The notes below the pieces were generated by a model, which did no database searches, was not told the DNA's origin, and worked only from the letters and a program-made list of their open reading frames with translations. From the NCBI GenBank assembly GCA_947449945.1, contig CANFTO010000003.1:1-55782 (forward strand): 55,782 nucleotides of DNA. Direction: 5' to 3'. Source of the stretch: Actinomycetota bacterium (GTDB lineage Bacteria > Actinomycetota > Actinomycetes > S36-B12). Both the position numbers and the translations under genes were made by a program. Positions 31,090 through 40,546 of the stretch are shown piece after piece; position 1 is the first letter of the stretch, and every line of letters starts with the position of its first letter.

Positions 31090-32960
31090 CAGTGTTCTAT
31101 CTCGCCGATTTGGGTTGCACCAAGTGCACGAATTGCCAGATCAATGCCTGACTCATCATCAACATCATCGTCATCAACGCTTGGCGTATCAACTTCGGCA
31201 ATCACTGCAATGGATTCGTTCGCTAATGAACCATTTGGAGCAACTGCATTTGGCGCGAGCACGACATCAATGCGCACATCAGCGCGCATCACGTCGAGGA
31301 TGGCTTGACGCAGACGTTCATCGTGACCACTGGTGCGCGCATTGTTGACTTGGCCGGCATTTGGAACACCAACAGCCAATGTTCCGTCAGCAACTGAAAG
31401 CGGCTGCGAGGCATTGAACAACATCCATGCAACGCGCGAGTAGGCCTTCGTGGCATCCATGATTGCTGGCCACATCGTGACGAAGTCAGGTAGCGAAGGC
31501 GTATCTCCAATTGCACCTGAAACGGGAGCAACCACAGCAGCAGCCTCTTCAACCACTGGCTTTGCGGGCGGGCCGGCTTTAGGAATTTTTGGTGCAGCAG
31601 GTGGTTTTGCTCCAGTGGAAGGCGCAACCGGAGTTTTTGCTGCAGGTGTTTCTTTTGGCGCAGCAGGTGGCTGCGTTACAGGTGGAGGCGTCGTAGCAGT
31701 TGAAGGTGCCACTGCAGAAAGCTTCGGTGGACTAGCTGGAATTGCCGGCGGCGCAGAAACGGGCACTGCCTTCGTTGTCGCTGCCGCATCAACGGGGGCA
31801 GCAGCCAAGCGACGTTCAATCTGATCAAGTCGCGCACGTAATCCGCGCTCGTCAGCGTCAATGGCTGGTAACAACAAACGTGCGCACATCAACTCAAGTT
31901 GAAGGCGTGGAGCGGTTGCACCCTTGAGTTCGCTCAATGCCTCGCTCACCACATCAGCTGCGCGCGAAAGTTCTGCTGCACCAATGAGTTGTGCTTGTTC
32001 AAGTTCACGGGCAATCAACTCATCTGGCCCGTCAATCAATGACATCGCAGCCGCGCCGGGCACATGCTGCAACACGATTAAGTCACGTAGGCGTTCTACA
32101 AGGTCACTGACAAAGCGGCGAGGTTCATGGCCTGCATCCATAACTTTCTCGATCGTGCCAAACAGCGCTGCGCCATCACGAGCTATGAGCGCATCAACAG
32201 TTTCGTCAAGCAAAGTCATGTCAGTCATACCAAGTTGCATGACAGTGTCGGCGTAGGTCACACCTTCACTGCCAGCACCCGCAATGACTTGTCCAAGAAT
32301 CGACAGGCTGTCGCGAACGCTTCCCGCGCCTGCACGTGCAATCAATGCGAGTGCTGCTGCATCGGCAGCTACACCCTCTTGTTCGCAAATGGAAGCAAGG
32401 TGCGTCTGCAATTCTCGAGTCGACACCAACCGGAAGGTGTAGTTGTGCGTACGCGAACGAATCGTTGGCAGCACCTTGTCGACTTCAGTGGTGGCAAAAA
32501 TGAAGCGCACATGCGGCGGTGGTTCTTCAACAAGTTTTAACAGTGCGTTAAAGCCTGCGGAGGTCACCATGTGGGCTTCGTCGATGATGTAAATCTTGTA
32601 ACGCGATGATGCCGGCGCAAACATTGCTCGTTCACGAAGGTCACGGGTGTCATCAACACCGCCGTGACTTGCAGCATCAAGTTCGATCACATCAATAGAA
32701 CCTGCCCCGTTTGGCGCAAGATCCATGCAGCTTTGGCACACACCACAGGGTGTTGGAGTTGGACCTTGCTCGCAGTTGAGCGAACGAGCCATGATGCGAG
32801 CCGTAGAAGTTTTGCCACAACCACGCGGGCCAGCGAAGAGATACGCGTGATGGGTGCGGTCATTCTCGAGAGCACGAGTTAACGGCCCAGTGACATGCTC
32901 CTGGCCGACCACTTCCGCAAGAGTTGCCGGGCGATAGGTGCGATACAGGGCCATAGACAC
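31089..32960 (-). CDS. dnaX: DNA polymerase III subunit gamma/tau
   Basis: [26 protein letters not shown], Pro/Ala-rich linker. Confidence 0.96.
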   Translation of the reverse strand: MSMALYRTYRPATLAEVVGQEHVTGPLTRALENDRTHHAYLFAGPRGCGKTSTARIMARSLNCEQGPTPTPCGVCQSCMDLAPNGAGSIDVIELDAASHGGVDDTRDLRERAMFAPASSRYKIYIIDEAHMVTSAGFNALLKLVEEPPPHVRFIFATTEVDKVLPTIRSRTHNYTFRLVSTRELQTHLASICEQEGVAADAAALALIARAGAGSVRDSLSILGQVIAGAGSEGVTYADTVMQLGMTDMTLLDETVDALIARDGAALFGTIEKVMDAGHEPRRFVSDLVERLRDLIVLQHVPGAAAMSLIDGPDELIARELEQAQLIGAAELSRAADVVSEALSELKGATAPRLQLELMCARLLLPAIDADERGLRARLDQIERRLAAAPVDAAATTKAVPVSAPPAIPASPPKLSAVAPSTATTPPPVTQPPAAPKETPAAKTPVAPSTGAKPPAAPKIPKAGPPAKPVVEEAAAVVAPVSGAIGDTPSLPDFVTMWPAIMDATKAYSRVAWMLFNASQPLSVADGTLAVGVPNAGQVNNARTSGHDERLRQAILDVMRADVRIDVVLAPNAVAPNGSLANESIAVIAEVDTPSVDDDDVDDESGIDLAIRALGATQIGEIEH

Positions 32961-33020
32961 GGGTCTGAGTCTATGGCCCTGAACCGAGAACGCGGCGGGT
33001 GTAAAGAGTTACTGGAGGGG

Positions 33021-35084
33021 CTACTTCCGAATCACAATTGGTGCGGTCCAACCGGAATAAGCCTGACCGGGCCAGCCAATGCTGCGAATACGCACGGTCA
33101 TGCCACCAGAAGGAACATTCGCAAGACTGAAGGCAGCTTGCGCCCCACCGACGATTGGCGAATCAAAGTGTGTCCACGTTGTGGTCCCAGGCCAGATGTA
33201 TTCGAATTCATAACCCAAGACGTTATCTCCGCCCACTTCTGCACCAGTAGGTTGTTTCCACCTTATTGTGAGCACATCAGATGAGCGTTCATAGGTAGCA
33301 GCGAAAGCATCTGGTGTTGGGACCGTGTCGGTGAACTGGCGCGTGGGTGACACTCCAGAAGGGCGTGATTTAACCCCGTTGATATCAATTGTCTTCACAG
33401 AGAAGTTGACCCGCTCATTTGGTTTTGCCCCAAGTTCAGATCGGGTGAACCTTGCAGCTGTCTTTATTCCAATTGTTCGCACAACTACAGGTTCTTCCTG
33501 ACTTGAAGTTTGCGCAGATATTTCATATCCACGTATTTCATCAGTTGGAAGCGAGCTACCGTTCCAGAACACAAGCATTGTCGATGCGCTTCCCCACGCA
33601 TTGACATTTGTTGGTGGTTTCAGTTGGTCTGTGGCTTTGAGAGCAATAAGTGACGTCCAACCTGACTTGCCGGCTGCATTCACCGCCCGAAGCCGGTAGT
33701 AGTACGTGACTCCACCCAGGTTCGGGAGCGGGCTCACGTACTTAAACGTATTGTCACTTAGATCTTTTGAGAGACCCTCAGGTCCACCGCAATAAGCAGT
33801 GCACTGCAAGTTGAGTTCGTAGCCGGTCACTGCATCCTCACCGAGGGTACGTGGTGCATCCCATGTTTGCACTGCAGCACCAGCGACCTGCCGAACCTTG
33901 AAATTCAGTGGCACTGTTGGTGCGCTGTATCGAATGTTAGGTGATCCTGCAGGTGCTGGCGGTGTGACCGGTGCAGCCGGAGACCCCGCGCGCATTTCAG
34001 TCCATTTTGCATTTGTTACTGGAGATCCCGACCACATCTGAACACCGAGTAGGTCAAATGGCGCTGCGGTGTAGAGGTACCAGAACGTTGCGTCAATACC
34101 CAAAGCCGCAGAGTCGCGGTATGTCTGCTCAAGCAGAGTCGCGCCCTGCGCATCTGTGAAATGCGTACCTGGTCGCGAACCTGGACCTGCAAGTCCGTAA
34201 TTCACTTCGGTATCGAAAATCAAACGATCCAACAACGCTGAAGTTGGCCCAACTGCTTTCACGACAGCTGTTTGCCAGGCCTTGATGTCAGCTGTGCGTT
34301 GCGCAGAAATTCCATCAAAGGCAATGTCTCCCGCTGGATACGTGTGGATCGCGTATCCATCAAATGGGTTTCGGTATTGTTCCAGTGCTTGAAGGTATCC
34401 AGTAGTGAACTTCGCTGCTGGTGAAACTAATCGTGTTGTTGTTGAAGCCATCAATACCAGAGCATTTGCGTTTTTGCTTTTGATGATGTCATATGCGGTT
34501 TTCGTCAGTTCTGCTAATTGGTTGAAAGAGCCGGTCCAGAAAGTCTGAAGATTTGCTTCATTCCACACTTCATACGCCGCAATGCGCGAGCCATATCGAT
34601 TTACTACTGCCTGAACGTATGCACTCCAGTTGTCGATATTGCGCGGCGGACTGGCTGTTCCTAATCCCCAACGCGGATCACCAGCATTTGGATCACTTGC
34701 AGCCCATTGCGGAGTCAAGCCAAGCACCAACATCGGTTGTGCGCCTGATGCTTCAGCCTGCGCTACTCGTTGGTCCAAAACAGACCAATCGAAGACGTCA
34801 CGGGCCGGGTTCACATCTTTCCAAGCAGTCTTCATATCCCACAAGCGATGCATGCCAGCATTCAGTGGAACAGCACCGGTTACCTCTGGTGCAACTTCCA
34901 TCGACATGAAGTAACTCGCACGCGCTGATGCAGTTTGGAATTTCTTCAACCCTGCATCGATTTGATCTTGTGTGAGATCAGCAGCCTGTGCACTCGTAGG
35001 CACAACAGTGAGAACGGAACCGATGCCTAATGAGATAGCAGCGATCTTGACAATCCAATTGCGTGAACGTGGTGTCTTGGCCAT
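33021..35084 (-). CDS. Secreted clan GH-A glycoside hydrolase with C-terminal FN3-like repeats
   Basis: Signal peptide (..SAQA|A), FDWSVLD, TPQWA, YEVWNEAN acid/base, DTEVNYG nucleophile; FN3-like YYYRLRAVNAAGKSGW segments. Confidence 0.75.
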   Translation of the reverse strand: MAKTPRSRNWIVKIAAISLGIGSVLTVVPTSAQAADLTQDQIDAGLKKFQTASARASYFMSMEVAPEVTGAVPLNAGMHRLWDMKTAWKDVNPARDVFDWSVLDQRVAQAEASGAQPMLVLGLTPQWAASDPNAGDPRWGLGTASPPRNIDNWSAYVQAVVNRYGSRIAAYEVWNEANLQTFWTGSFNQLAELTKTAYDIIKSKNANALVLMASTTTRLVSPAAKFTTGYLQALEQYRNPFDGYAIHTYPAGDIAFDGISAQRTADIKAWQTAVVKAVGPTSALLDRLIFDTEVNYGLAGPGSRPGTHFTDAQGATLLEQTYRDSAALGIDATFWYLYTAAPFDLLGVQMWSGSPVTNAKWTEMRAGSPAAPVTPPAPAGSPNIRYSAPTVPLNFKVRQVAGAAVQTWDAPRTLGEDAVTGYELNLQCTAYCGGPEGLSKDLSDNTFKYVSPLPNLGGVTYYYRLRAVNAAGKSGWTSLIALKATDQLKPPTNVNAWGSASTMLVFWNGSSLPTDEIRGYEISAQTSSQEEPVVVRTIGIKTAARFTRSELGAKPNERVNFSVKTIDINGVKSRPSGVSPTRQFTDTVPTPDAFAATYERSSDVLTIRWKQPTGAEVGGDNVLGYEFEYIWPGTTTWTHFDSPIVGGAQAAFSLANVPSGGMTVRIRSIGWPGQAYSGWTAPIVIRK

Positions 35085-35104
35085 GTGCTGATCCTCTACT
35101 CATA

Positions 35105-35197
35105 AGGGACCCCCCGCACACCCGCCAGAGCTCACCTGTCCTTGCTGCCTTCCGGCCCTGGGGAGGTTCAGCGAGATAACGCCGCACGAGGGGTCGC
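35105..35197 (-). ncRNA. ffs: Signal recognition particle RNA (4.5S)
   Basis: CAGGGCCGGAAGGCAGCAAGG helix-8 motif inside a long GACCCC...GGGGTC hairpin. Confidence 0.93.
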
Positions 35198-35259
35198 GAT
35201 AACTGTACGGGCAGGGAGCAGATTGAGGCCAACTCGCACCGGACGGTAGGCTCCTCCAC

Positions 35260-35347
35260 GGAGGATTCGCCTAGTGGCCTATGGCGCTCGCTTGGAAAGC
35301 GGGTTGGGGGAAACCCCTCAGGGGTTCGAATCCCCTACCCTCCGCCA
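35260..35347 (+). tRNA. tRNA-Ser(GGA)
   Basis: GGAGGAT acceptor, CTCGC-TTGGAAA-GCGGG anticodon arm, long variable arm, GGTTCGAATCC, encoded CCA. Confidence 0.95.
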
Positions 35348-35350
35348 TAT

Positions 35351-35377
35351 GAAAGCCGTCCCTTGTGGGCGGCTTTC
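35351..35377 (+). terminator. Terminator hairpin after tRNA-Ser(GGA)
   Basis: GAAAGCCGTCC...GGGCGGCTTTC. Confidence 0.7.
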
Positions 35378-35455
35378 TGCTTGCAGCCGATCACTGGCGG
35401 GAATGCCTGGCTAGGTGATTGTGTTGTCACGAAAATATCAACGTTAGGGAGCCCG

Positions 35456-35722
35456 ATGAATCCGTTTATGGTCGTATGCACGTTCAAACCAGGTACGGAT
35501 ATGGCTCAGGTCGGTGCCGTTGTGGCCGCTGAACAAGCCAAGGCTGCCGAACTCACCGAAGCTGGGCGCCTTGCTGGAATCCATCTGGCAATTCCTCGCG
35601 GGACCGTCTTTTTACAGGTTGTCGCAGCAGACGCAACTGCCGCTGAATCAACTGTCTTGGAACTTCCGATGTCCAAGTTCTGGGATCTCGACGTTTTTCC
35701 GCTAGTCACTCCAGCGCACTAA
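35456..35722 (+). CDS. Small muconolactone-isomerase-like (dimeric alpha/beta barrel) protein
   Basis: AEQAKAAELTEAG...LELPM...DLDVFPL resembles the MIase family pattern; AGGGAG RBS. Confidence 0.55.
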   Translation: MNPFMVVCTFKPGTDMAQVGAVVAAEQAKAAELTEAGRLAGIHLAIPRGTVFLQVVAADATAAESTVLELPMSKFWDLDVFPLVTPAH

Positions 35723-35787
35723 CGCATCTCAACCTGGGGCGAGGGCACCAATTGGTCTCCTCGTTTCGCGGCTGTACCCTCTTCCAC

Positions 35788-35877
35788 GGTGGCGTGTCCG
35801 AGCGGCCAAAGGAGCGCGCCTCGAAAGCGCGTGTGGGGGCAACTTCACCGTGGGTTCAAATCCCACCGCCACCGCCA
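35788..35877 (+). tRNA. tRNA-Ser(CGA)
   Basis: GGTGGCG acceptor, CGCGC-CTCGAAA-GCGCG, variable arm, GGTTCAAATCC, CCA. Confidence 0.95.
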
Positions 35878-35913
35878 ATTCATGGGCATCCAAGTTTCTG
35901 GGTGCCCATGAAT
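35878..35913 (+). terminator. Hairpin after tRNA-Ser(CGA)
   Basis: ATTCATGGGCATCCA...TGGGTGCCCATGAAT. Confidence 0.65.
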
Positions 35914-35969
35914 CATGTTCGCCACCTATCGCGGTATTCGGGACTTTCGTCCCTATTGGCCCTCAGCAC

Positions 35970-36029
35970 TTGACATATAACTTAGGTAACCCTAACTTGA
36001 GCGCACTGCACCAAGTAAGGGTTGCCTAA
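35970..36029 (+). promoter_or_regulatory. Promoter with two DtxR/IdeR iron boxes
   Basis: TTGACA-17-TAACTT; 19-mers TTAGGTAACCCTAACTTGA (35982-36000) and CCAAGTAAGGGTTGCCTAA (36011-36029) resemble TWAGGTWAGSCTWACCTWA. Confidence 0.8.
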
Positions 36030-36043
36030 GTTAAGGAGCGCCG

Positions 36044-36868
36044 ATGTTCACCAACTTCCTGATTGGAATTCGTGAAGGACTCGAGGCTGCCCTCATTGTG
36101 TCGATCTTGGTGACCTACCTGGTCAAACTCAACCAGCGCCACCTCTTACCTCGCTTATGGCTCGGCGTGATTGCAGCAGTCGTGCTGTCGCTCGGGTTTG
36201 CAGGTCTACTCACACTCATCGGTGCTGAGCTTCCTGATGGCGCAGAGCAGATCTTTGCCGGCACGATGAGCGTGCTCGCCGTCATCCTGATCACCTGGAT
36301 GATTTTTTGGATGGCCAAACGCGCCCGTTACATCAAAGGTCATCTGCAAGGCGAAGTTGATCAGGCCTTGATGCGCGGTAGTTGGGCACTTGCATTTATT
36401 GCATTTCTCGCTGTCGCCCGTGAAGGCTTGGAAACTGCGTTGTTTTTGTGGGCAGGTTTTCGCTCAAGTGGTGAAGATGCATCAGCTATCTGGGGCGCCA
36501 TCATCGGCCTTGGTGTTGCTGTGGTGATTGGTGTTGTTATTTATCGCGGTGCGATCAATCTTGATCTGGGTCAACTTTTCCGATGGACTGGCATCGCACT
36601 CATCTTTGTTGCTGCAGGTGTGCTCGCACACGGTCTTGGTGATTTACAAGAAGCAGGCGTACTACCTGGAATCAACTCCCTGGCCTTCGATCTGAGCAAC
36701 TCCATCCCTGAAGATGGACTGCTTGGTTCATTGCTCAAGGGCCTGCTCAGTTTCACACCACAAACCACATGGCTTTCATTCGTCGTCTGGTGGCTCTACG
36801 TTCTCACCACGTTGTTCTTCTTCGCACGAACAACTAAGCGGCCGGCACCGCAGATGCAGCTGGCGTAG
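36044..36868 (+). CDS. efeU: FTR1/EfeU-family iron permease
   Basis: Two REGLE motifs, multiple TM helices, iron boxes upstream. Confidence 0.9.
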   Translation: MFTNFLIGIREGLEAALIVSILVTYLVKLNQRHLLPRLWLGVIAAVVLSLGFAGLLTLIGAELPDGAEQIFAGTMSVLAVILITWMIFWMAKRARYIKGHLQGEVDQALMRGSWALAFIAFLAVAREGLETALFLWAGFRSSGEDASAIWGAIIGLGVAVVIGVVIYRGAINLDLGQLFRWTGIALIFVAAGVLAHGLGDLQEAGVLPGINSLAFDLSNSIPEDGLLGSLLKGLLSFTPQTTWLSFVVWWLYVLTTLFFFARTTKRPAPQMQLA

Positions 36869-37472
36869 AAACCGTTGACGCAACAGGGCTTGGGCAACCT
36901 AGTCCTGACGGGCTTGGTGTTGGCGAAGCCTTCTTCGCAGCAACGGTCGCGTCATCAACAACAGCGGTGTAGCCACTGCCAATGATGACGTCAACTACGC
37001 GTTTGCTGCGGCCATCTGGAATGAGTGTTGCTCCGGGAAAGTAGTACTCAAGCAATTCAGCCGAAGCTTTGCCCTTTGGTCCGTAGCGCAATTCACCAAC
37101 ACCTGTGATGTCACGATTACCTACAGCATTGCCAACATCTTTAATCGTGAAACCACGAGCTCGCAATGTTTGCGCAGTGGTACCTGCAAGCCCTGGCGTT
37201 TTGGTTCCGTTGTACACATTGACGCGCACACGTGCAATTGCAGGAAGGGATTCTGCAGGCGACACCATGACCGTGACGCATGGCGAAGGATTCGGAGTTG
37301 CAGTAACCACTTCAGGTTCGCCGCTACCAGTCAACATTTTCGCGATGCCAAAGATCAACCCAGCGACAACTAGAACCGCTGCCGCAATGGCAACAACGAT
37401 GTGCCAGGTCGGACGACGACGTCGATAGCGACGCGGCGCAATTCGCACTGCACCTTCACGCATCCCGCTCAT
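36834..37472 (-). CDS. LytR C-terminal domain membrane protein
   Basis: Basic N-terminus plus TM; VNVYNGTKTPGLAG...VGNA...VDVIIG; ATGA coupling to the upstream deaminase. Confidence 0.85.
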   Translation of the reverse strand: MSGMREGAVRIAPRRYRRRRPTWHIVVAIAAAVLVVAGLIFGIAKMLTGSGEPEVVTATPNPSPCVTVMVSPAESLPAIARVRVNVYNGTKTPGLAGTTAQTLRARGFTIKDVGNAVGNRDITGVGELRYGPKGKASAELLEYYFPGATLIPDGRSKRVVDVIIGSGYTAVVDDATVAAKKASPTPSPSGLGCPSPVASTVSTPAASAVPAA

Positions 37473-37948
37473 GAATCCTCCTGTGATCGTTGCCCGGCCA
37501 TGAAATCGCGCACAAGATTGCCACATTCCTCCGCGAGGATTCCAGCGATCACTTCAGGCCGATGATTCATGCGCTTGTCGCGAGGGAGATCCCAATGCGA
37601 CCCGCAGGCCCCATATTCCTCATTCCATGCACCAAACACAATTCGGTCAATGCGTGAAAGCACGGCAGCTCCCGCACACATAGGACATGGTTCAAGCGTG
37701 ACCACGAGAGTGCACCCAGTCAGATGCCAATCCCCTCGAATCGCTGCTGCCTCGCGAAGCACGAGCACTTCAGCATGAGCTGTTGGGTCTTGAAGGGCTT
37801 CCCGTTGATTCACCGCACCGGCGATGACTTCGCCTTGCTCGTTGAGTACTAGTGCCGCAATAGGAAGGTCACCCGTGATCGGGCCAACCTTGGCAACCTC
37901 GATGGCCTGCTGCATTGCCTCAACATACGAGCGCTGCGCTTGGGACAC
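37469..37948 (-). CDS. tadA: tRNA adenosine(34) deaminase
   Basis: DPTAHAE, VTLEPCPMCAGA. Confidence 0.88.
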   Translation of the reverse strand: MSQAQRSYVEAMQQAIEVAKVGPITGDLPIAALVLNEQGEVIAGAVNQREALQDPTAHAEVLVLREAAAIRGDWHLTGCTLVVTLEPCPMCAGAAVLSRIDRIVFGAWNEEYGACGSHWDLPRDKRMNHRPEVIAGILAEECGNLVRDFMAGQRSQEDS

Positions 37949-37974
37949 CTATTAAGAATAGGGCGGTTGGTCGC

Positions 37975-38652
37975 TTACTGAGAATGACGGGCTTTACGTC
38001 GGTCAAGCCCAAAGCCAACTACGAGGGAAATCACCGTTAAGCCAGCGATAAACAACCATCCACCCATGTCACCAAAGCCGGAAATATTGGCCGGATCATC
38101 AGGGCACATGCCCAGGCCGCATTCAGGAATCACGGTGATGGCAATCACTAGTAGATCCAAGAACACTGCGGTGATGACCGCGTAGGTGATCGCACGCAAG
38201 GCACCAGCGCGCTTACTGATGCCTTCATCACCGCACGTCAACGGTGTGTTCCAGAACAACAAGATTGCACAGCCAATCACACCAACGGCAAAGGTAACGA
38301 AAGCCCAGGTGTACAGGTGCAAGCCAAAAAACTCAGGACCGTAACCGGGATCAGTAGGGCTTGCTACATGCAAGAAGATCTGTCGCACACTTCCCGCAGC
38401 TCCCGCGCACGCAGCCAAGATGCTGATCGCGTAATGCTGCGCCTTCATTCCCCACAGCAGATTCATTACTGGTCCAACAGCAAGTCCGATCATTCCTGAA
38501 CGTTGCACCAAACACAGCGGGCAAGGCTGCTCGCCAATGCCTAATTGAAGGTGAAGCGAACCGGCGAGTACTCCGAGCAGGCCTACGAGCGCCAAAATAT
38601 TGATGATGCGTGCCAGCGTTACCTGGCGTTCCACTGAAAGTCTTGTCATCAC
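37975..38652 (-). CDS. DsbB-family (DsbI-like) disulfide formation protein
   Basis: EQPCPLCLVQR, RQIFLH, GYGPEFFGLHLYTW, ECGLGMCPDDP. Confidence 0.85.
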   Translation of the reverse strand: MMTRLSVERQVTLARIINILALVGLLGVLAGSLHLQLGIGEQPCPLCLVQRSGMIGLAVGPVMNLLWGMKAQHYAISILAACAGAAGSVRQIFLHVASPTDPGYGPEFFGLHLYTWAFVTFAVGVIGCAILLFWNTPLTCGDEGISKRAGALRAITYAVITAVFLDLLVIAITVIPECGLGMCPDDPANISGFGDMGGWLFIAGLTVISLVVGFGLDRRKARHSQ

Positions 38653-38659
38653 GTCAGCC

Positions 38660-38812
38660 TTAGAAGTTCAGTGGGATTGGGTCGGTCATATGCGCCTTGA
38701 GCAGGATCACCGTGACGATCAAAGTCAGGACCGCTAAACCTGGGGTCCAGCGCCATTTCTTGAAGATCCCGAAAAAGACCAAAATCCAGAGCACAAACAT
38801 CGAAAGCATCAC
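38660..38812 (-). CDS. 50-aa two-TM membrane protein (Dba/DUF5993-like DsbI partner)
   Basis: Not in the ORF track; MMLSMFVLWILVFFGIFKKWRWTPGLAVLTLIVTVILLKAHMTDPIPLNF; TAGCGT -10 6 nt upstream; 7 nt from the dsbB-like gene. Confidence 0.75.
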   Translation of the reverse strand: MMLSMFVLWILVFFGIFKKWRWTPGLAVLTLIVTVILLKAHMTDPIPLNF

Positions 38813-38974
38813 GGGTTCACGCTAACGAAACATTTGGTCGTTCCGGTGTCCGAAACGGAAACATTTTGGAATTACGACACAACACGTCGGAAACACCACT
38901 TCTTTACCGTCAGATATGCGCCCGGATCCTCTGGGTCTAAGGGAAATCTGCAAGACCAGTAGTTCGGGAGGTGC

Positions 38975-40546
38975 GTGGTGTTAGTGGCGACCAGGTCAGG
39001 TCCATACGACGAAATGCTCGTGGATGGCGAACCACGCTCAACTCACCGTGCCCTCGCTGCAACCTTGGATGAACTGGGCCCTGAAGGATTGGCCGAACGC
39101 GCTCGTCAGCGCGACTCATACCTTGACCGCCATGGAATCACGTTTACGTTGGGCGAGCGTGAACGACCACTGCCGATGGATTTAGTTCCTCGCATCATTA
39201 CGCCCACCGAATGGTCAAACGTTGAAGCGGGAGTTATTCAGCGTCTCCATGCACTCGAAATGTTTTTGGCTGATGTCTACGGCGACATGGAGGTGCTGAA
39301 TGATCAGATCATCCCTCGATCTCTGGTCACAAGCTCAACCCACTTTCACCGCCAAGCCTGGGGATTAAAACCATCGAACAACGTGCGCATTCACGTTTCC
39401 GGTATTGATCTGATTCGTGATGAGCAAGGCGTGTTCCGCGTTCTTGAGGATAACTTGCGTAACCCTTCAGGTGTTTCATATGTGTTGGAAAACCGACGCA
39501 CGCTTGCGCATGTGCTCCCGGAAGTCTTTGCAAAGCACCGCGTTCGCCCGATTACTGAGTACCCCGAACGTCTACTCGAAGCACTTCGCGCATCCGCAAA
39601 TGAATCAGTGAATGATCCAAACGTTGTTGTTCTTACACCTGGAGTTCACAACTCTGCTCACTATGAACACGCTTTTTTAGCGCGCTATATGGGTGTGGAA
39701 CTTGTTGAAGGTCGCGATCTCTACTGTCGCGAAGGGCGCGTATGGATGCGCACGACTTCTGGTCCGCGAGTAGTCGACGTCATTTATCGCCGCATTGATG
39801 ACGACTTCCTTGATCCCGTTCATCTTCGCCCCGATAGCGTGCTGGGCGTCCCTGGGTTGATTAACGTTGCGCGCGCAGGCCATGTAGGTATTGCTAACGC
39901 CATTGGTAACGGTGTTGCCGATGACAAGGCTGTCTATCCATACGTTCCAGCTCTTATTCGCTACTACCTTGGTGAAGAACCAATTCTTCCCAACGTCGAC
40001 ACCTACGACCTCAGTGATCCAGAGCAACGCGAACATGTGATTGCAAACATTGAAAGCATGGTCGTTAAGCCAGCTGATGGTTCCGGTGGATACGGCCTGG
40101 TCATGGGCCCGACCGCGACTGAAAAAGAAATCCTTGGCGCGATTCAGGCTGTCAAAGAAGACCCACGTGGCTGGATCGCTCAACCAGTGGTGCGCTTTTC
40201 CACTTATCCAACAATTGTTGATGACGGATCCATTAGTCCGCGTCACGTGGATTTACGACCATTTGCAGTGAATGACGGAAAGAACGTTTACGTACTTCCC
40301 GGTGGCTTAAGCCGTGTGGCATTGCCTGAAGGCAGTCTCGTTGTGAACTCCAGTCAAGGCGGTGGCTCAAAGGACACCTGGGTGCTCGAGGACACCATGA
40401 CGATCGATCGACCGATCCCTGCCGAGGTTCCTCGTGCGGTCACGATCGACATGGATGTTCCCGAGCGCGTTGACGCACCATCTGCTCATGACGATCGAAT
40501 GCTGCAACAAGAACGTCAGCAACAACAAGGAGGCACGTCATGTTGA
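38975..40546 (+). CDS. Circularly permuted type 2 ATP-grasp protein
   Basis: VLEDNLRNPSGVSY, VIYRRIDDDFLDP, GNGVADDK, VVNSSQGGGSKDTW. Confidence 0.93.
   Translation: MVLVATRSGPYDEMLVDGEPRSTHRALAATLDELGPEGLAERARQRDSYLDRHGITFTLGERERPLPMDLVPRIITPTEWSNVEAGVIQRLHALEMFLADVYGDMEVLNDQIIPRSLVTSSTHFHRQAWGLKPSNNVRIHVSGIDLIRDEQGVFRVLEDNLRNPSGVSYVLENRRTLAHVLPEVFAKHRVRPITEYPERLLEALRASANESVNDPNVVVLTPGVHNSAHYEHAFLARYMGVELVEGRDLYCREGRVWMRTTSGPRVVDVIYRRIDDDFLDPVHLRPDSVLGVPGLINVARAGHVGIANAIGNGVADDKAVYPYVPALIRYYLGEEPILPNVDTYDLSDPEQREHVIANIESMVVKPADGSGGYGLVMGPTATEKEILGAIQAVKEDPRGWIAQPVVRFSTYPTIVDDGSISPRHVDLRPFAVNDGKNVYVLPGGLSRVALPEGSLVVNSSQGGGSKDTWVLEDTMTIDRPIPAEVPRAVTIDMDVPERVDAPSAHDDRMLQQERQQQQGGTSC

Noticed and set aside
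35260-35913. tRNA-anchored integrative element
   Set aside because: No integrase, and I saw no duplicated tRNA 3' end in the window. The intervening small gene is a lone insertion.
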